A stretch of DNA of 34,991 bases from Patescibacteria group bacterium (GTDB lineage Bacteria > Patescibacteriota > Minisyncoccia > Phycocordibacterales > SBAW01). The first letter of the stretch is position 1, and each line of letters begins with the position of its first letter. The stretch is taken from the NCBI GenBank assembly GCA_016176685.1, contig JACOWS010000005.1, positions 1 through 34,991 on the forward strand, read 5' to 3'. Positions 23,730 to 32,092 of this stretch are shown here, one piece after another. The translations under genes were made by a program, and so were the position numbers. The notes under the pieces were generated by a model. The model worked only from the letters and a program-made list of their open reading frames with translations. It was not told the origin of the DNA and made no database searches.

Positions 23730-25490
23730 ATGAAATCCTACCGCCTGCGCGAGCGGCTGCACGACGAACTGATTTTTGACCTCTTGTATTCGCGGGGTAT
23801 CGAGGGAGAGCAGGATATTAAAAATTTTCTCGAGCCGGACTTTGTCCGCGACTCCGGCGACCCGTTTTTGTTGCCCGACATGGGCGTGGCGGTGGAGCGT
23901 CTGCTGTCTGCGAAGAAAAATGGCGAGCAGGTAGCCGTGTGGAGCGACTACGACTGCGACGGCATCCCCGGCGGGGTGATGCTCACCGAGTTTTTGCGCG
24001 CGGTGGGTTTTACAGCCCGGCACTACATCCCGCATCGCCACACGGAAGGATACGGGCTTAACGAAGACGGCCTTGCTGAACTCGCACAGACCGGTGTCAA
24101 AGTTATTATCACCATAGACCTTGGCACCACCGAGCACGAGTCTATATCCTATGCAAACAAAAAAGGAATTGATGTGATAGTTACCGACCACCACCAGGTG
24201 TCCCCCACATCATATGCTACTCCGGAGACTGAGCCACCCGCGAAGCGGGTAATAGGATCCGGGGCGGCATATGATGTGGGAAATTTGCCTCCGGCGCTCG
24301 CGGTCATCAACCCCAAGCGCGCCGATTCGGCATACCCATTCAACGGCCTGTGCGGCGCCGGCGTGGCGTGGAAGCTGGTGCAGGCGATTTTGTCAAAAAT
24401 GAGAGAGGGCGGGCAACCCTTCGACTACGCAGAGGGTAAAGAAAAGTGGCTCCTAGACCTTGTGGGATTGGCAACCCTGTCCGATATGGTTCCCTTGGTG
24501 GGAGAAAATAGGATGCTCGCGCACTTTGGGCTCACGGTGATGCGTCGCAACCGCCGCCCGGGGTTTGCCGCACTCCTAAAGCTTTTGCGTATAAAATCGC
24601 ACACGCTTACCGAGGACGATATCGGGTTTATGGTGGCGCCGCGCATCAACGCCGCCTCACGCATGGACAGTCCGGAAGCGGCCGCCCGGCTTTTAGCAAC
24701 AGAAGACCCGGCAGAAGCGCGCGAGCTTGGCGAGGCGCTCGAAGCGCTCAACAACCAGCGCAAGGGCTTGGTTGCCGCGACGGTCAAAGAGGCAAATCAT
24801 CGCCTCGCGCAAACATCAGTCGAGAGTCCGGTCATTGTGATGGGCAGCCCTTCGTGGCGGCCGGGGATATTGGGGCTTGTGGCAAACTCGCTTATGGGCG
24901 CACATGGCAAGCCGGTTTTTTTGTGGGGTAGGGAAGGAGGTGAAACTCTCAAAGGGTCATGCCGCTCCGATGGCGCGCTAAACGTGGTTGACCTTATGGG
25001 CACCGCCCAAAGAGCTCTGCCCGACGGGGTGTTTGAAGATTTTGGCGGGCACCATGCGGCAGGCGGATTCTCACTCACGCAAGAGCGAGTACACGAGCTG
25101 CCAACGCGGCTCGCCGGTGCGTACGAAACTTTGCGCAAGATCTCTTCAGTAGTTGAGCCGGTTGTGCTGGAGCGCGAGGTAGACCTTGCGGAAGTAGGCC
25201 ACGCCCACACAGCGTTGGCGCGACTGGCCCCCTTTGGCGAAGGCAATCGCAAGCCGCTTTTTATCTTCCCGCGTGTTTCTCTCGAGGGAGTGCGGATGTT
25301 TGGTAAGGCGCAGGACCACTTGGAAATAAAGTTGAGCAAGAACGGAGTGCGAGTACCGGGTGTTTCATTTTTCTCTAGTCAGGATTCTTTTTCAAAAAAA
25401 GTAGAAGCAGGATTGACCGCCGACATAGTAGGGCATATAGAAAACGATTGGCGCGGCGGTCCACGCGTCCGTGTTACGGATGTTATCTAA
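23730..25490 (+). CDS. recJ: Single-stranded DNA exonuclease RecJ
   Basis: DYDCDG, EGYGL, TDHH, GAGVA, SDMVPL.GENR, PRINAASR, GSCRS, GGHHAAGG, PFGEGN. Confidence 0.93.
   Translation: MKSYRLRERLHDELIFDLLYSRGIEGEQDIKNFLEPDFVRDSGDPFLLPDMGVAVERLLSAKKNGEQVAVWSDYDCDGIPGGVMLTEFLRAVGFTARHYIPHRHTEGYGLNEDGLAELAQTGVKVIITIDLGTTEHESISYANKKGIDVIVTDHHQVSPTSYATPETEPPAKRVIGSGAAYDVGNLPPALAVINPKRADSAYPFNGLCGAGVAWKLVQAILSKMREGGQPFDYAEGKEKWLLDLVGLATLSDMVPLVGENRMLAHFGLTVMRRNRRPGFAALLKLLRIKSHTLTEDDIGFMVAPRINAASRMDSPEAAARLLATEDPAEARELGEALEALNNQRKGLVAATVKEANHRLAQTSVESPVIVMGSPSWRPGILGLVANSLMGAHGKPVFLWGREGGETLKGSCRSDGALNVVDLMGTAQRALPDGVFEDFGGHHAAGGFSLTQERVHELPTRLAGAYETLRKISSVVEPVVLEREVDLAEVGHAHTALARLAPFGEGNRKPLFIFPRVSLEGVRMFGKAQDHLEIKLSKNGVRVPGVSFFSSQDSFSKKVEAGLTADIVGHIENDWRGGPRVRVTDVI
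24204..24280. repeat. In-frame hairpin element in recJ with the same 33-bp core as 4288-4320
   Basis: 23-nt arms at 24204-24226 and 24258-24280; core at 24224-24256. Confidence 0.85.
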
Positions 25491-25601
25491 CTCGTTATTT
25501 TAAAGGCTGCTCCTTTTCGGAAATTTCTCTGCATTGGTGTTACACAACATCTCCGACATTCACCCCGCTATTTACAATGCTCTCCCCCTACTGCAACACA
25601 C

Positions 25602-25618
25602 TAACTCATAGCTATAGC
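25602..25618 (+). repeat. 17-bp direct repeat, left copy
   Basis: TAACTCATAGCTATAGC within stem CACACTAA/TTAGTGTG; abuts TATACT. Confidence 0.85.
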
Positions 25619-25631
25619 GTATACTTAGTGT

Positions 25632-26207
25632 GTGGGGAAATTAGAGGTAGAACATACCAGAAGGCAAAGACGAACCGACCTTCAAAAGGTGGTGCTTGGC
25701 ACTGTTGCAGCCGCCGGCGTATTGAGTATTGCGCTGGTGGCGCCAAATGTACTCGGGGCTCTTAGTAAGTTGGGAATGATCCCCACGAAAAGACAACCCG
25801 ACTCTATCCGTGCCGCACGCAACCGGTTGGTACATCATGGCTTTTTACAGTACGAAGGGAAGATGTTGCGCTTGACGGCAGAGGGAGAGAAAAAACTTCG
25901 TTCGCTCGAACTACACAACTATCAGATCCCTAAACAAAAACGGTGGGACAAAAAATGGCGCGTCCTTATTTTTGATATCCCTGAAAAAAGAAAATCATTG
26001 CGAGAAAAAATACGCCGTACCCTTGCGGTCATCGGTTTTGTGCGGCTGCAAGACAGTGTGTGGATCTACCCGTACCCGTGCGAAGATCTTATTACGCTGC
26101 TCAAGGCAGATTTTAAAATAGGGAAGGATGTGCTGTATATGATAGTCGACACGCTCGAATATGACGCGCCAATTAGAGAGCGGTTTGATTTAAGTGTTTT
26201 GTCCTAA
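25632..26207 (+). CDS. PaaX-like regulator (winged helix plus Cas2-like ferredoxin-fold domain)
   Basis: RL...G...LTAEG winged helix, WDKKWRVLIFDIPE.RK.LR..IR..L..IGF..LQDSVWI.PY; GTG start 6 nt after TATACT. Confidence 0.8.
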   Translation: MGKLEVEHTRRQRRTDLQKVVLGTVAAAGVLSIALVAPNVLGALSKLGMIPTKRQPDSIRAARNRLVHHGFLQYEGKMLRLTAEGEKKLRSLELHNYQIPKQKRWDKKWRVLIFDIPEKRKSLREKIRRTLAVIGFVRLQDSVWIYPYPCEDLITLLKADFKIGKDVLYMIVDTLEYDAPIRERFDLSVLS

Positions 26208-26221
26208 AATAACAAACGCAT

Positions 26222-26238
26222 TAACTCATAGCTATAGC
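26222..26238 (+). repeat. 17-bp direct repeat, right copy
   Basis: TAACTCATAGCTATAGC within stem ACGCATTA/TAATGCGT. Confidence 0.85.
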
Positions 26239-26344
26239 AACAAGCTAATGCGTGGTGTTTTTATCCTGTTGAAAAAGGTTTAAAAAACGATGTCAAAAAT
26301 AAAAAAAGAGTCGATTTTACTCTTTGTGCGCTATACTGCAACCC

Positions 26345-26782
26345 ATGGAGCGGATTGTCATACACACAGACGGCGGGGCACGAGGGAACCCCGGCCCCGC
26401 AGGTATTGGCGCGATAATCGCTGATGAAAACGGAAAAGTTCTGAAGGAAATTTCCGCATACATCGGCGAGCAGACCAACAACTACGCCGAATACGAAGCA
26501 CTCATCCGCGCACTGGGAGAAGCAAAACTGCTGTTTGGCGCCGCACTGCGCGACATGCGGGTAGAGGTGATGATGGACTCGGAGTTGGTGGTGCGCCAAC
26601 TCGCCGGCATTTATAAAGTAAAAGATGTGGGACTAAAAGAACAGTTTGCCCGCGTGGCGGCGCTACGCGCGAGCGACCTGCCCAATCTTATCTTTTCGCA
26701 TGTGCGGCGCGAGGCAAATATCCGCGCCGACGAGTTGGTAAACGCGGCACTTGATGGGCATTTGAGTAAGGCTAGGGTATAG
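26345..26782 (+). CDS. rnhA: Ribonuclease HI
   Basis: TDGGARGNPGPAG, TNNYAEY, DSELVVRQ, HVRREAN..AD. Confidence 0.92.
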   Translation: MERIVIHTDGGARGNPGPAGIGAIIADENGKVLKEISAYIGEQTNNYAEYEALIRALGEAKLLFGAALRDMRVEVMMDSELVVRQLAGIYKVKDVGLKEQFARVAALRASDLPNLIFSHVRREANIRADELVNAALDGHLSKARV

Positions 26783-26814
26783 TCTCTGCCGCAACCCGGG
26801 GCCGGGTTGCGGCT

Positions 26815-28296
26815 ATGACTTCCGGCGGATTTTTATATGCAACAGCTGCAGGCGCGTGTGCGGGAGTCGCCGCCGGCCTCTTTGGCGCGGCGGGGAGTTT
26901 TGCGGCCGCGGCGCTTGTACTATCTGCCGTATTGTTGTTAGTTGGCCGCACGCGGCCTCTCGTGCTTTTTGCCGCCGCGGCCGCCGCGGCCGCGGCACTG
27001 GGGCTTGTCCGCACAGACTTGTTTTTGCAAGCGCGACAGCAAGACACCATAGCCGAGTTTGCGGGAAATACCTCGGTAGTTAAAGGTACGGTGGCCGCAG
27101 ACCCGGACAAGCGCGCGACCTCTTTGCGCCTTACCGTGTCGGTGGTCTCGGCTGGCGGGGAAGTGGCGCAGGGAACCCTCCTTGCAGTGGTGCCTAGAGA
27201 AACGGCCGTTTCCTACGGCGACCATGTTACTCTTTCGGGGAAGGTTACGCTACCGGAAGTATTTGAAACAGATACCGGCCGCACGTTTAACTACCCGGCG
27301 TACCTTAGCGTGCAAGGCGTTTCTGCCATGATGCAGTACGCGCAGGTTATAGATAGTGCGCGAGGGGCGCCTTCGCCGCGACGTTTTTTATTTTCAATAA
27401 AGCAGGAGTTTGAGCGCTCGCTTGAGCGCACGTTCCCCGAGCCGGATGTGTCGCTTATGGAGGGGTTGTTGCTGGGCGAGCGGCGCGGGTTGCCGCAAGA
27501 GGTAACGCAAGCGTTTGTGGCATCGGGCCTCATACACATAGTGGTACTTTCCGGCTATAACATCTCTATCGTGTCCGAGGCAATACTGCGCTCGCTTTCT
27601 TTTTTACCGCGCACCGTCGGCTACTCGTTGGGCGGGGTGGGGATGGTGCTCTTTGCACTGCTCACCGGCGGCGGCGCCACCACGGTGCGTGCGTGCATCA
27701 TGGGGCTCATTGCAATACTCGCCCGCTACCTCCATCGAGAGTCCGCCGCACTGCGCGCGCTGGCTCTCGCTGCGGCCGGCATGGCGCTGTGGAACCCGCT
27801 GGTGCTATTACACGATCCTTCTTTTATCCTTTCGGTTCTTGCGACGTTTGGGCTTGTCACGCTTTCTCCCGCAATCGAGCGGCGCGTGCCGAAATTTTTA
27901 AAAAAGATGCCACAGGTTGCCTCTATTGCCGCCTCAACCATCGCCGTGCAGCTTTATATACTTCCGGCATTGCTCTACCAAACCGGCATACTTTCTTTTT
28001 TGGCGCTGCCGGCAAACATGCTGGTGTTGCCTATGGTGCCCGCGGCGATGCTTGCGGGTTTTGCCGCGGGGATAGCAGGGTTACTGCACCCCGCCCTCGC
28101 GTTTTTTGCGGCTCTCCCCGCAGACCTTTTGCTCAAATGGATGCTGGTGGTCGCAAAAACGACTACCGCTATACCGCTTTCCGCAACTACCCTGCCCGCG
28201 CTCCCTACATGGGTTGTCGTCGCGGTGTATATACCGCTCACTTGGCTGGCTATTTTTGTGTATCGGCGAAACGCCGCTCACACACGCTCCAGTTGA
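26815..28296 (+). CDS. comEC: ComEC/Rec2 DNA-uptake channel (OB and competence domains, no MBL domain)
   Basis: FNYPAYL, GLLLGER, GLIHIVVLSGYN, VRACIM, NP..L.DPSFILS. Confidence 0.88.
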   Translation: MTSGGFLYATAAGACAGVAAGLFGAAGSFAAAALVLSAVLLLVGRTRPLVLFAAAAAAAAALGLVRTDLFLQARQQDTIAEFAGNTSVVKGTVAADPDKRATSLRLTVSVVSAGGEVAQGTLLAVVPRETAVSYGDHVTLSGKVTLPEVFETDTGRTFNYPAYLSVQGVSAMMQYAQVIDSARGAPSPRRFLFSIKQEFERSLERTFPEPDVSLMEGLLLGERRGLPQEVTQAFVASGLIHIVVLSGYNISIVSEAILRSLSFLPRTVGYSLGGVGMVLFALLTGGGATTVRACIMGLIAILARYLHRESAALRALALAAAGMALWNPLVLLHDPSFILSVLATFGLVTLSPAIERRVPKFLKKMPQVASIAASTIAVQLYILPALLYQTGILSFLALPANMLVLPMVPAAMLAGFAAGIAGLLHPALAFFAALPADLLLKWMLVVAKTTTAIPLSATTLPALPTWVVVAVYIPLTWLAIFVYRRNAAHTRSS

Positions 28297-28843
28297 GGTT
28301 TTCAAAAAACGCGTCTATATATTTTCCTTTGCCCGCGGCGCCGTAGTCGAGTACAAACGCGTGCTCCCACACATCGAGCGCCACAATAATGGGCAGTGTT
28401 GCAAAGTGCCCTATGTGCTGTTCACTGCTCCAACCGACCAAAAATTGTTTTGCTTCCTGGTCGAAGTACAACAGCGCCCAGCCTGGGCCGCGCATGCCGG
28501 CCACATGCCGCATTTCCTCTAAGCAATAGTCAGAGTCGTTGTATTGCTGTTTTAGAACTTGACCGAGCATTGAATCTCGGCTCAATGCTTTAGGTCCACC
28601 CTCAAACTGGGGGAAGTACAGCTCGTGCAAACGCATTCCGCCAAACTCAAAACTGCGGCGGCGCATCAGCTCGGCTATAGCCGGCGCATTTTTTTCACTA
28701 TCTTTCATCAACTCGCCTGCGAGCGCGGTCATCGCGTTAAAATTTTTAACGTAACCGGCATACAGCCCCAGGTGCTGCTTAATAGACTCGGCGGAAATGC
28801 CCTTAAGCTTGGGGATAGTAAACTTTTTTTCTTGGTATTGCAT
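28250..28843 (-). CDS. Fe/Mn superoxide dismutase family protein
   Basis: Metal ligands in QHLGLY, LHELYF and DVWEHAF; ATG at 28843; 47-nt 3' overlap with comEC. Confidence 0.88.
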   Translation of the reverse strand: MQYQEKKFTIPKLKGISAESIKQHLGLYAGYVKNFNAMTALAGELMKDSEKNAPAIAELMRRRSFEFGGMRLHELYFPQFEGGPKALSRDSMLGQVLKQQYNDSDYCLEEMRHVAGMRGPGWALLYFDQEAKQFLVGWSSEQHIGHFATLPIIVALDVWEHAFVLDYGAAGKGKYIDAFFENLNWSVCERRFADTQK

Positions 28844-28961
28844 ATATAAGCAGTATAACGCAGTCCACAGGCACTTCTGTAGGGGGGGGGTTGCAAAAAA
28901 ACACAGTTGTGCTATTGTTGTGTCGGACGATTTTGGGACGGAAGCGCAAAGGGAGGAAACC

Positions 28962-29207
28962 ATGCGCACTTTTATTCTCGCAGCAATGCTTTTTTTCTGT
29001 GCCAGCGCTTTGCAGGCACAGGAGGTCAATGGCGGTAAGGGGGACCAGGCCCCTCTCTACCAGCCGGCGGTGAATGCCGCCGGCAAGGCAGACCGAGCCA
29101 GCTCGGTCTTCCGCAAGAACAGCTCGGCCCCGGCCAAGGAGCTGATGCGGCCGGGGGAACGCAAATACGCTCCCATTGGGGAACACCCCAGCTTCATGCA
29201 GGCCTGA
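28962..29207 (+). CDS. Small secreted protein (81 aa)
   Basis: GGAGG Shine-Dalgarno, signal peptide MRTFILAAMLFFCASALQA, own TTGCAA/TATTGT promoter and terminator. Confidence 0.7.
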   Translation: MRTFILAAMLFFCASALQAQEVNGGKGDQAPLYQPAVNAAGKADRASSVFRKNSSAPAKELMRPGERKYAPIGEHPSFMQA

Positions 29208-29216
29208 CAAGTTTTT

Positions 29217-29251
29217 GGGCGGCGCGAGCAATCGCGCCGCCTCTCTTTTTT
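29217..29251 (+). terminator. Intrinsic terminator
   Basis: GGGCGGCGCGA-GCAA-TCGCGCCGCCT plus T-run. Confidence 0.7.
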
Positions 29252-29267
29252 ATGTATAGTGCGCGGT

Positions 29268-30125
29268 ATGCAAAAGTTTTGGCGCTACCGCTCGTACTTT
29301 TTTGTCGGGTTCCTTGCACTTTTTACTTCAGCGCTATGGGTTGCGGTGTTTGCCGCAACCCCAAGCGGTGTACTCACCGTCGCGGTGCTCGACGTCGGGC
29401 AGGGCGACTCTATATATATAGAGTCGCCGACCGGGCAACAGCTCGTGATAGACGGTGGGCCGGGGAGCGCACTTTTGCAGGCACTCCCCGCCGTGATGCC
29501 TATGGGCGACCGTTCGCTTGACGCCATTGTCGAGACGCACCCCGATGCCGACCACATTAGCGGGTTTGTCGACCTCCTTGCCCGCTACACCGTAGATATA
29601 TTTATTAAGCCGGGGATAGCAAAAGATACTGCAACCGCCCGCGCGCTTGAGCGGGAAGTGGCGGATAAAAAAATCTCGACCTACCTTGCGCGCCGCGGCA
29701 TGTGGCTGGAGCTCGGCGGGGGAGCCGAGCTCCACATCCTTTCCCCGGAGCGCGATGTTTCGCGCATTACAAAAACAAACGACGGCGCGGTGGTCGCGCA
29801 CTTGGTCTATGGCAAGACCACTATGCTGTTTATGGCGGATGTGTCCAGTGCGGTGGAAAACCGCCTGGTGTTGCTTGATGGCACGGGGCTCAAGAGCGAC
29901 ATACTAAAAGTAGCCCATCACGGCTCAAAATATTCCAGCGCCAGCGCCTTTCTTTCCGCCGTTTCGCCTGCCGCCGCGGTTATTTCTGTCGGCAAAAACT
30001 CATACGGCCACCCCACAGACCAGGCGCTTTCTCGGCTTGCGGCGTATAGCGGCGAGATACTGCGTACCGACCAGGCCGGTACTATCGTATTTGTCTCGGA
30101 TGGGGAAAACTTTGTCCGAAAATAG
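29268..30125 (+). CDS. Stand-alone ComEC-type metallo-beta-lactamase domain protein
   Basis: LDVGQGDS, IDGG, THPDADHISG, LKVAHHGS, NSYGHP, RTDQAG. Confidence 0.9.
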   Translation: MQKFWRYRSYFFVGFLALFTSALWVAVFAATPSGVLTVAVLDVGQGDSIYIESPTGQQLVIDGGPGSALLQALPAVMPMGDRSLDAIVETHPDADHISGFVDLLARYTVDIFIKPGIAKDTATARALEREVADKKISTYLARRGMWLELGGGAELHILSPERDVSRITKTNDGAVVAHLVYGKTTMLFMADVSSAVENRLVLLDGTGLKSDILKVAHHGSKYSSASAFLSAVSPAAAVISVGKNSYGHPTDQALSRLAAYSGEILRTDQAGTIVFVSDGENFVRK

Positions 30126-30139
30126 TGACAGGCCAACTA

Positions 30140-30216
30140 CCCAAAAAGCAAACAAAAAAGAGAGCGCTCCGGGCCGCTAGGCCAAGTCTTACTCTCTTTT
30201 TTGTTTGCTTTTTGGG
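30140..30216. repeat. Long hairpin with conserved 27-nt loop between the convergent MBL gene and rpmB
   Basis: Perfect 25-bp arms at 30140-30164 and 30192-30216; loop matches 23214-23240 in inverted orientation. Confidence 0.85.
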
Positions 30217-30222
30217 GTGGTC

Positions 30223-30465
30223 CTAAATAACCCCCGCTGTTTTAAGTGTTTTGTAGGCGCCGCGTTTGGTAAGCGTTTTAAACCCTTTGGTAGAGAGGGT
30301 AACCACCACCGTGCGGTTGAGCTCCGGCACAAAAACACGCTTTTTTTGCATGTTGGGTTGTTTGCGGACAGAGCCGGTGGGGTTGTACTTGGTGGCGCGT
30401 ACGCGGTTGCTGTACCCGCCGCCTACCCGGGAGCCCTTTTTGGTGACTGGACAAATTTTCGCCAT
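30223..30465 (-). CDS. rpmB: 50S ribosomal protein L28
   Basis: MAKICPVTKK...RKQPNMQKKRVFVPELN......STKG.KT. Confidence 0.88.
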   Translation of the reverse strand: MAKICPVTKKGSRVGGGYSNRVRATKYNPTGSVRKQPNMQKKRVFVPELNRTVVVTLSTKGFKTLTKRGAYKTLKTAGVI

Positions 30466-30497
30466 AGAGATACGCATGGTACCATACGAAAACACCT

Positions 30498-31133
30498 ATG
30501 CAAATAGACGTTATCTTTGGCGTTTTGGTCCTGCTGTTTTCCGTAATACTCCACGAGGTGGCGCACGGCTACATGGCCGACTACCTGGGCGACCCGACCG
30601 CGCGCCACTCGGGGCGGCTCACGCTCAACCCTATTTCGCACATAGACCCGTTTGGTTCGGTTATTCTGCCGGCGTTGTTGGCACTCACGCATTCGCCGTT
30701 TCTCATCGGCTATGCCAAGCCGGTGCCCTACAACCCCTACAACCTGCGCGGTTTTTATGGCGAGGCCCTGGTGGCTTTTGCCGGCCCGGCAACCAACATT
30801 GCTCTGGCACTGTTGTTTGGCCTCACCATACGTTTTTTTGGCGCACTCCTTAGCCCAGCATTGGTGAGCGCATTTGCGGTGGTGGTGTACATCAACATAC
30901 TCCTGGCGCTTTTTAACCTTGTCCCTCTGCCGCCCCTGGACGGCTCCAAGGTACTCTCCGCGATTTTGCCGACGCGCCTCGCGCTTGGCTACCACAACTT
31001 CCGCGCCTCCTTTGAGCGGCTCGGGATGTTTTCCGGTCTACTGCTTATTTTGGTTTTTTTGTACCTCTTTTCTCCATTCTTCTTCGCGCTCTTACGCAGT
31101 ACCTTCACGCTTTTGACAGGCGTGGGTATATAA
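30498..31133 (+). CDS. Site-2 protease (M50 family)
   Basis: HEVAH, GDPTA..GRLTLNP..HIDP, AGP..N, FNLVPLPPLDG. Confidence 0.92.
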   Translation: MQIDVIFGVLVLLFSVILHEVAHGYMADYLGDPTARHSGRLTLNPISHIDPFGSVILPALLALTHSPFLIGYAKPVPYNPYNLRGFYGEALVAFAGPATNIALALLFGLTIRFFGALLSPALVSAFAVVVYINILLALFNLVPLPPLDGSKVLSAILPTRLALGYHNFRASFERLGMFSGLLLILVFLYLFSPFFFALLRSTFTLLTGVGI

Positions 31134-31163
31134 AGTAGAGTACGGGCACTCCCGCTTGGGCGG

Positions 31164-31183
31164 CCTGCCTGCCGTCAGGCAGG
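31164..31183. repeat. Short palindrome in the rpsL leader
   Basis: CCTGCCTG-CCGT-CAGGCAGG. Confidence 0.6.
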
Positions 31184-31197
31184 GTTTTTAATTCCAC

Positions 31198-31608
31198 ATG
31201 GCACGCATCAACCAACTCATACGCAAAGGGCGCAAGGTCCGCCCCACCAAGTCTAAGTCGCCCGCTTTGGCGCGTGGCTTCAACGTGCTTGAAAACCGCC
31301 CGGTCTTTTACCCTTCGCCCTTTAAACGCGGCGTATGCACCAAGGTAACCACCACCACCCCGCGCAAGCCAAACTCCGCTATCAGGAAAATTGCGAGAGT
31401 TCGGCTCACCAACGGACAGGAAATAACCGCCTACATCCCCGGCGAAGGGCACAACCTCCAGGAGCATTCGGTGGTGTTGGTGCGCGCCGGCCGCGTAAAA
31501 GACATCAATGTGCGCTACCAGGTGGTGCGCGGCAAGCTCGACGCCGCCGGGGTAGAGAAGCGCGGCGTTTCCCGCAGCCGCTACGGGGTTAAGCGCGCTA
31601 AGAAATAA
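31198..31608 (+). CDS. rpsL: 30S ribosomal protein S12
   Basis: [40 protein letters not shown]. Confidence 0.97.
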   Translation: MARINQLIRKGRKVRPTKSKSPALARGFNVLENRPVFYPSPFKRGVCTKVTTTTPRKPNSAIRKIARVRLTNGQEITAYIPGEGHNLQEHSVVLVRAGRVKDINVRYQVVRGKLDAAGVEKRGVSRSRYGVKRAKK

Positions 31609-31617
31609 AAGAAATTT

Positions 31618-32088
31618 ATGCGCAGACCGGTAAAAAACAGAAACATCGTCGGCCCGGACCTTACCTACCACTCGGTCAAGGTTGAGAAATTTATAAACTC
31701 CGTGATGTGGGACGGCAAAAAGTCGACCGCGCGCAAGGTAGTGTACGGCGCACTCGAGAGCATCAAAAAGCTCGCCAAGACAGAGACCCCCTTGGAGGTT
31801 TTTGAAACAGCGATACGCAACGTGGGCCCCACGATGGAGATACGCTCGCGCCGCGTGGGCGGTGCCAACTACCAGGTACCGCGCGAGGTGACCCCGGCGC
31901 GCCGCCAAGCACTGGCTTTTAAGTGGATTTTGCTCGCCGCCCGCTCGGGCAAAGGCAAGCCCATGGCGGAGAAGTTGGCGACCGAGTTAATGGCCGCCGC
32001 CAACAACGAGGGCAGCGCCATAAAAAAGAGAGACGACACGCACCGCATGGCCGAGGCCAACAAAGCATTTGCCCATTTTGCCTGGTAA
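31618..32088 (+). CDS. rpsG: 30S ribosomal protein S7
   Basis: DGKKSTA, SRRVGGANYQVP, HRMAEANKAFAH. Confidence 0.97.
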   Translation: MRRPVKNRNIVGPDLTYHSVKVEKFINSVMWDGKKSTARKVVYGALESIKKLAKTETPLEVFETAIRNVGPTMEIRSRRVGGANYQVPREVTPARRQALAFKWILLAARSGKGKPMAEKLATELMAAANNEGSAIKKRDDTHRMAEANKAFAHFAW

Positions 32089-32092
32089 TGTA

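Noticed and set aside
25632-26207. True CRISPR Cas2
   Set aside because: Fused to a winged-helix domain, with no cas1 or array; only two repeats, flanking the gene
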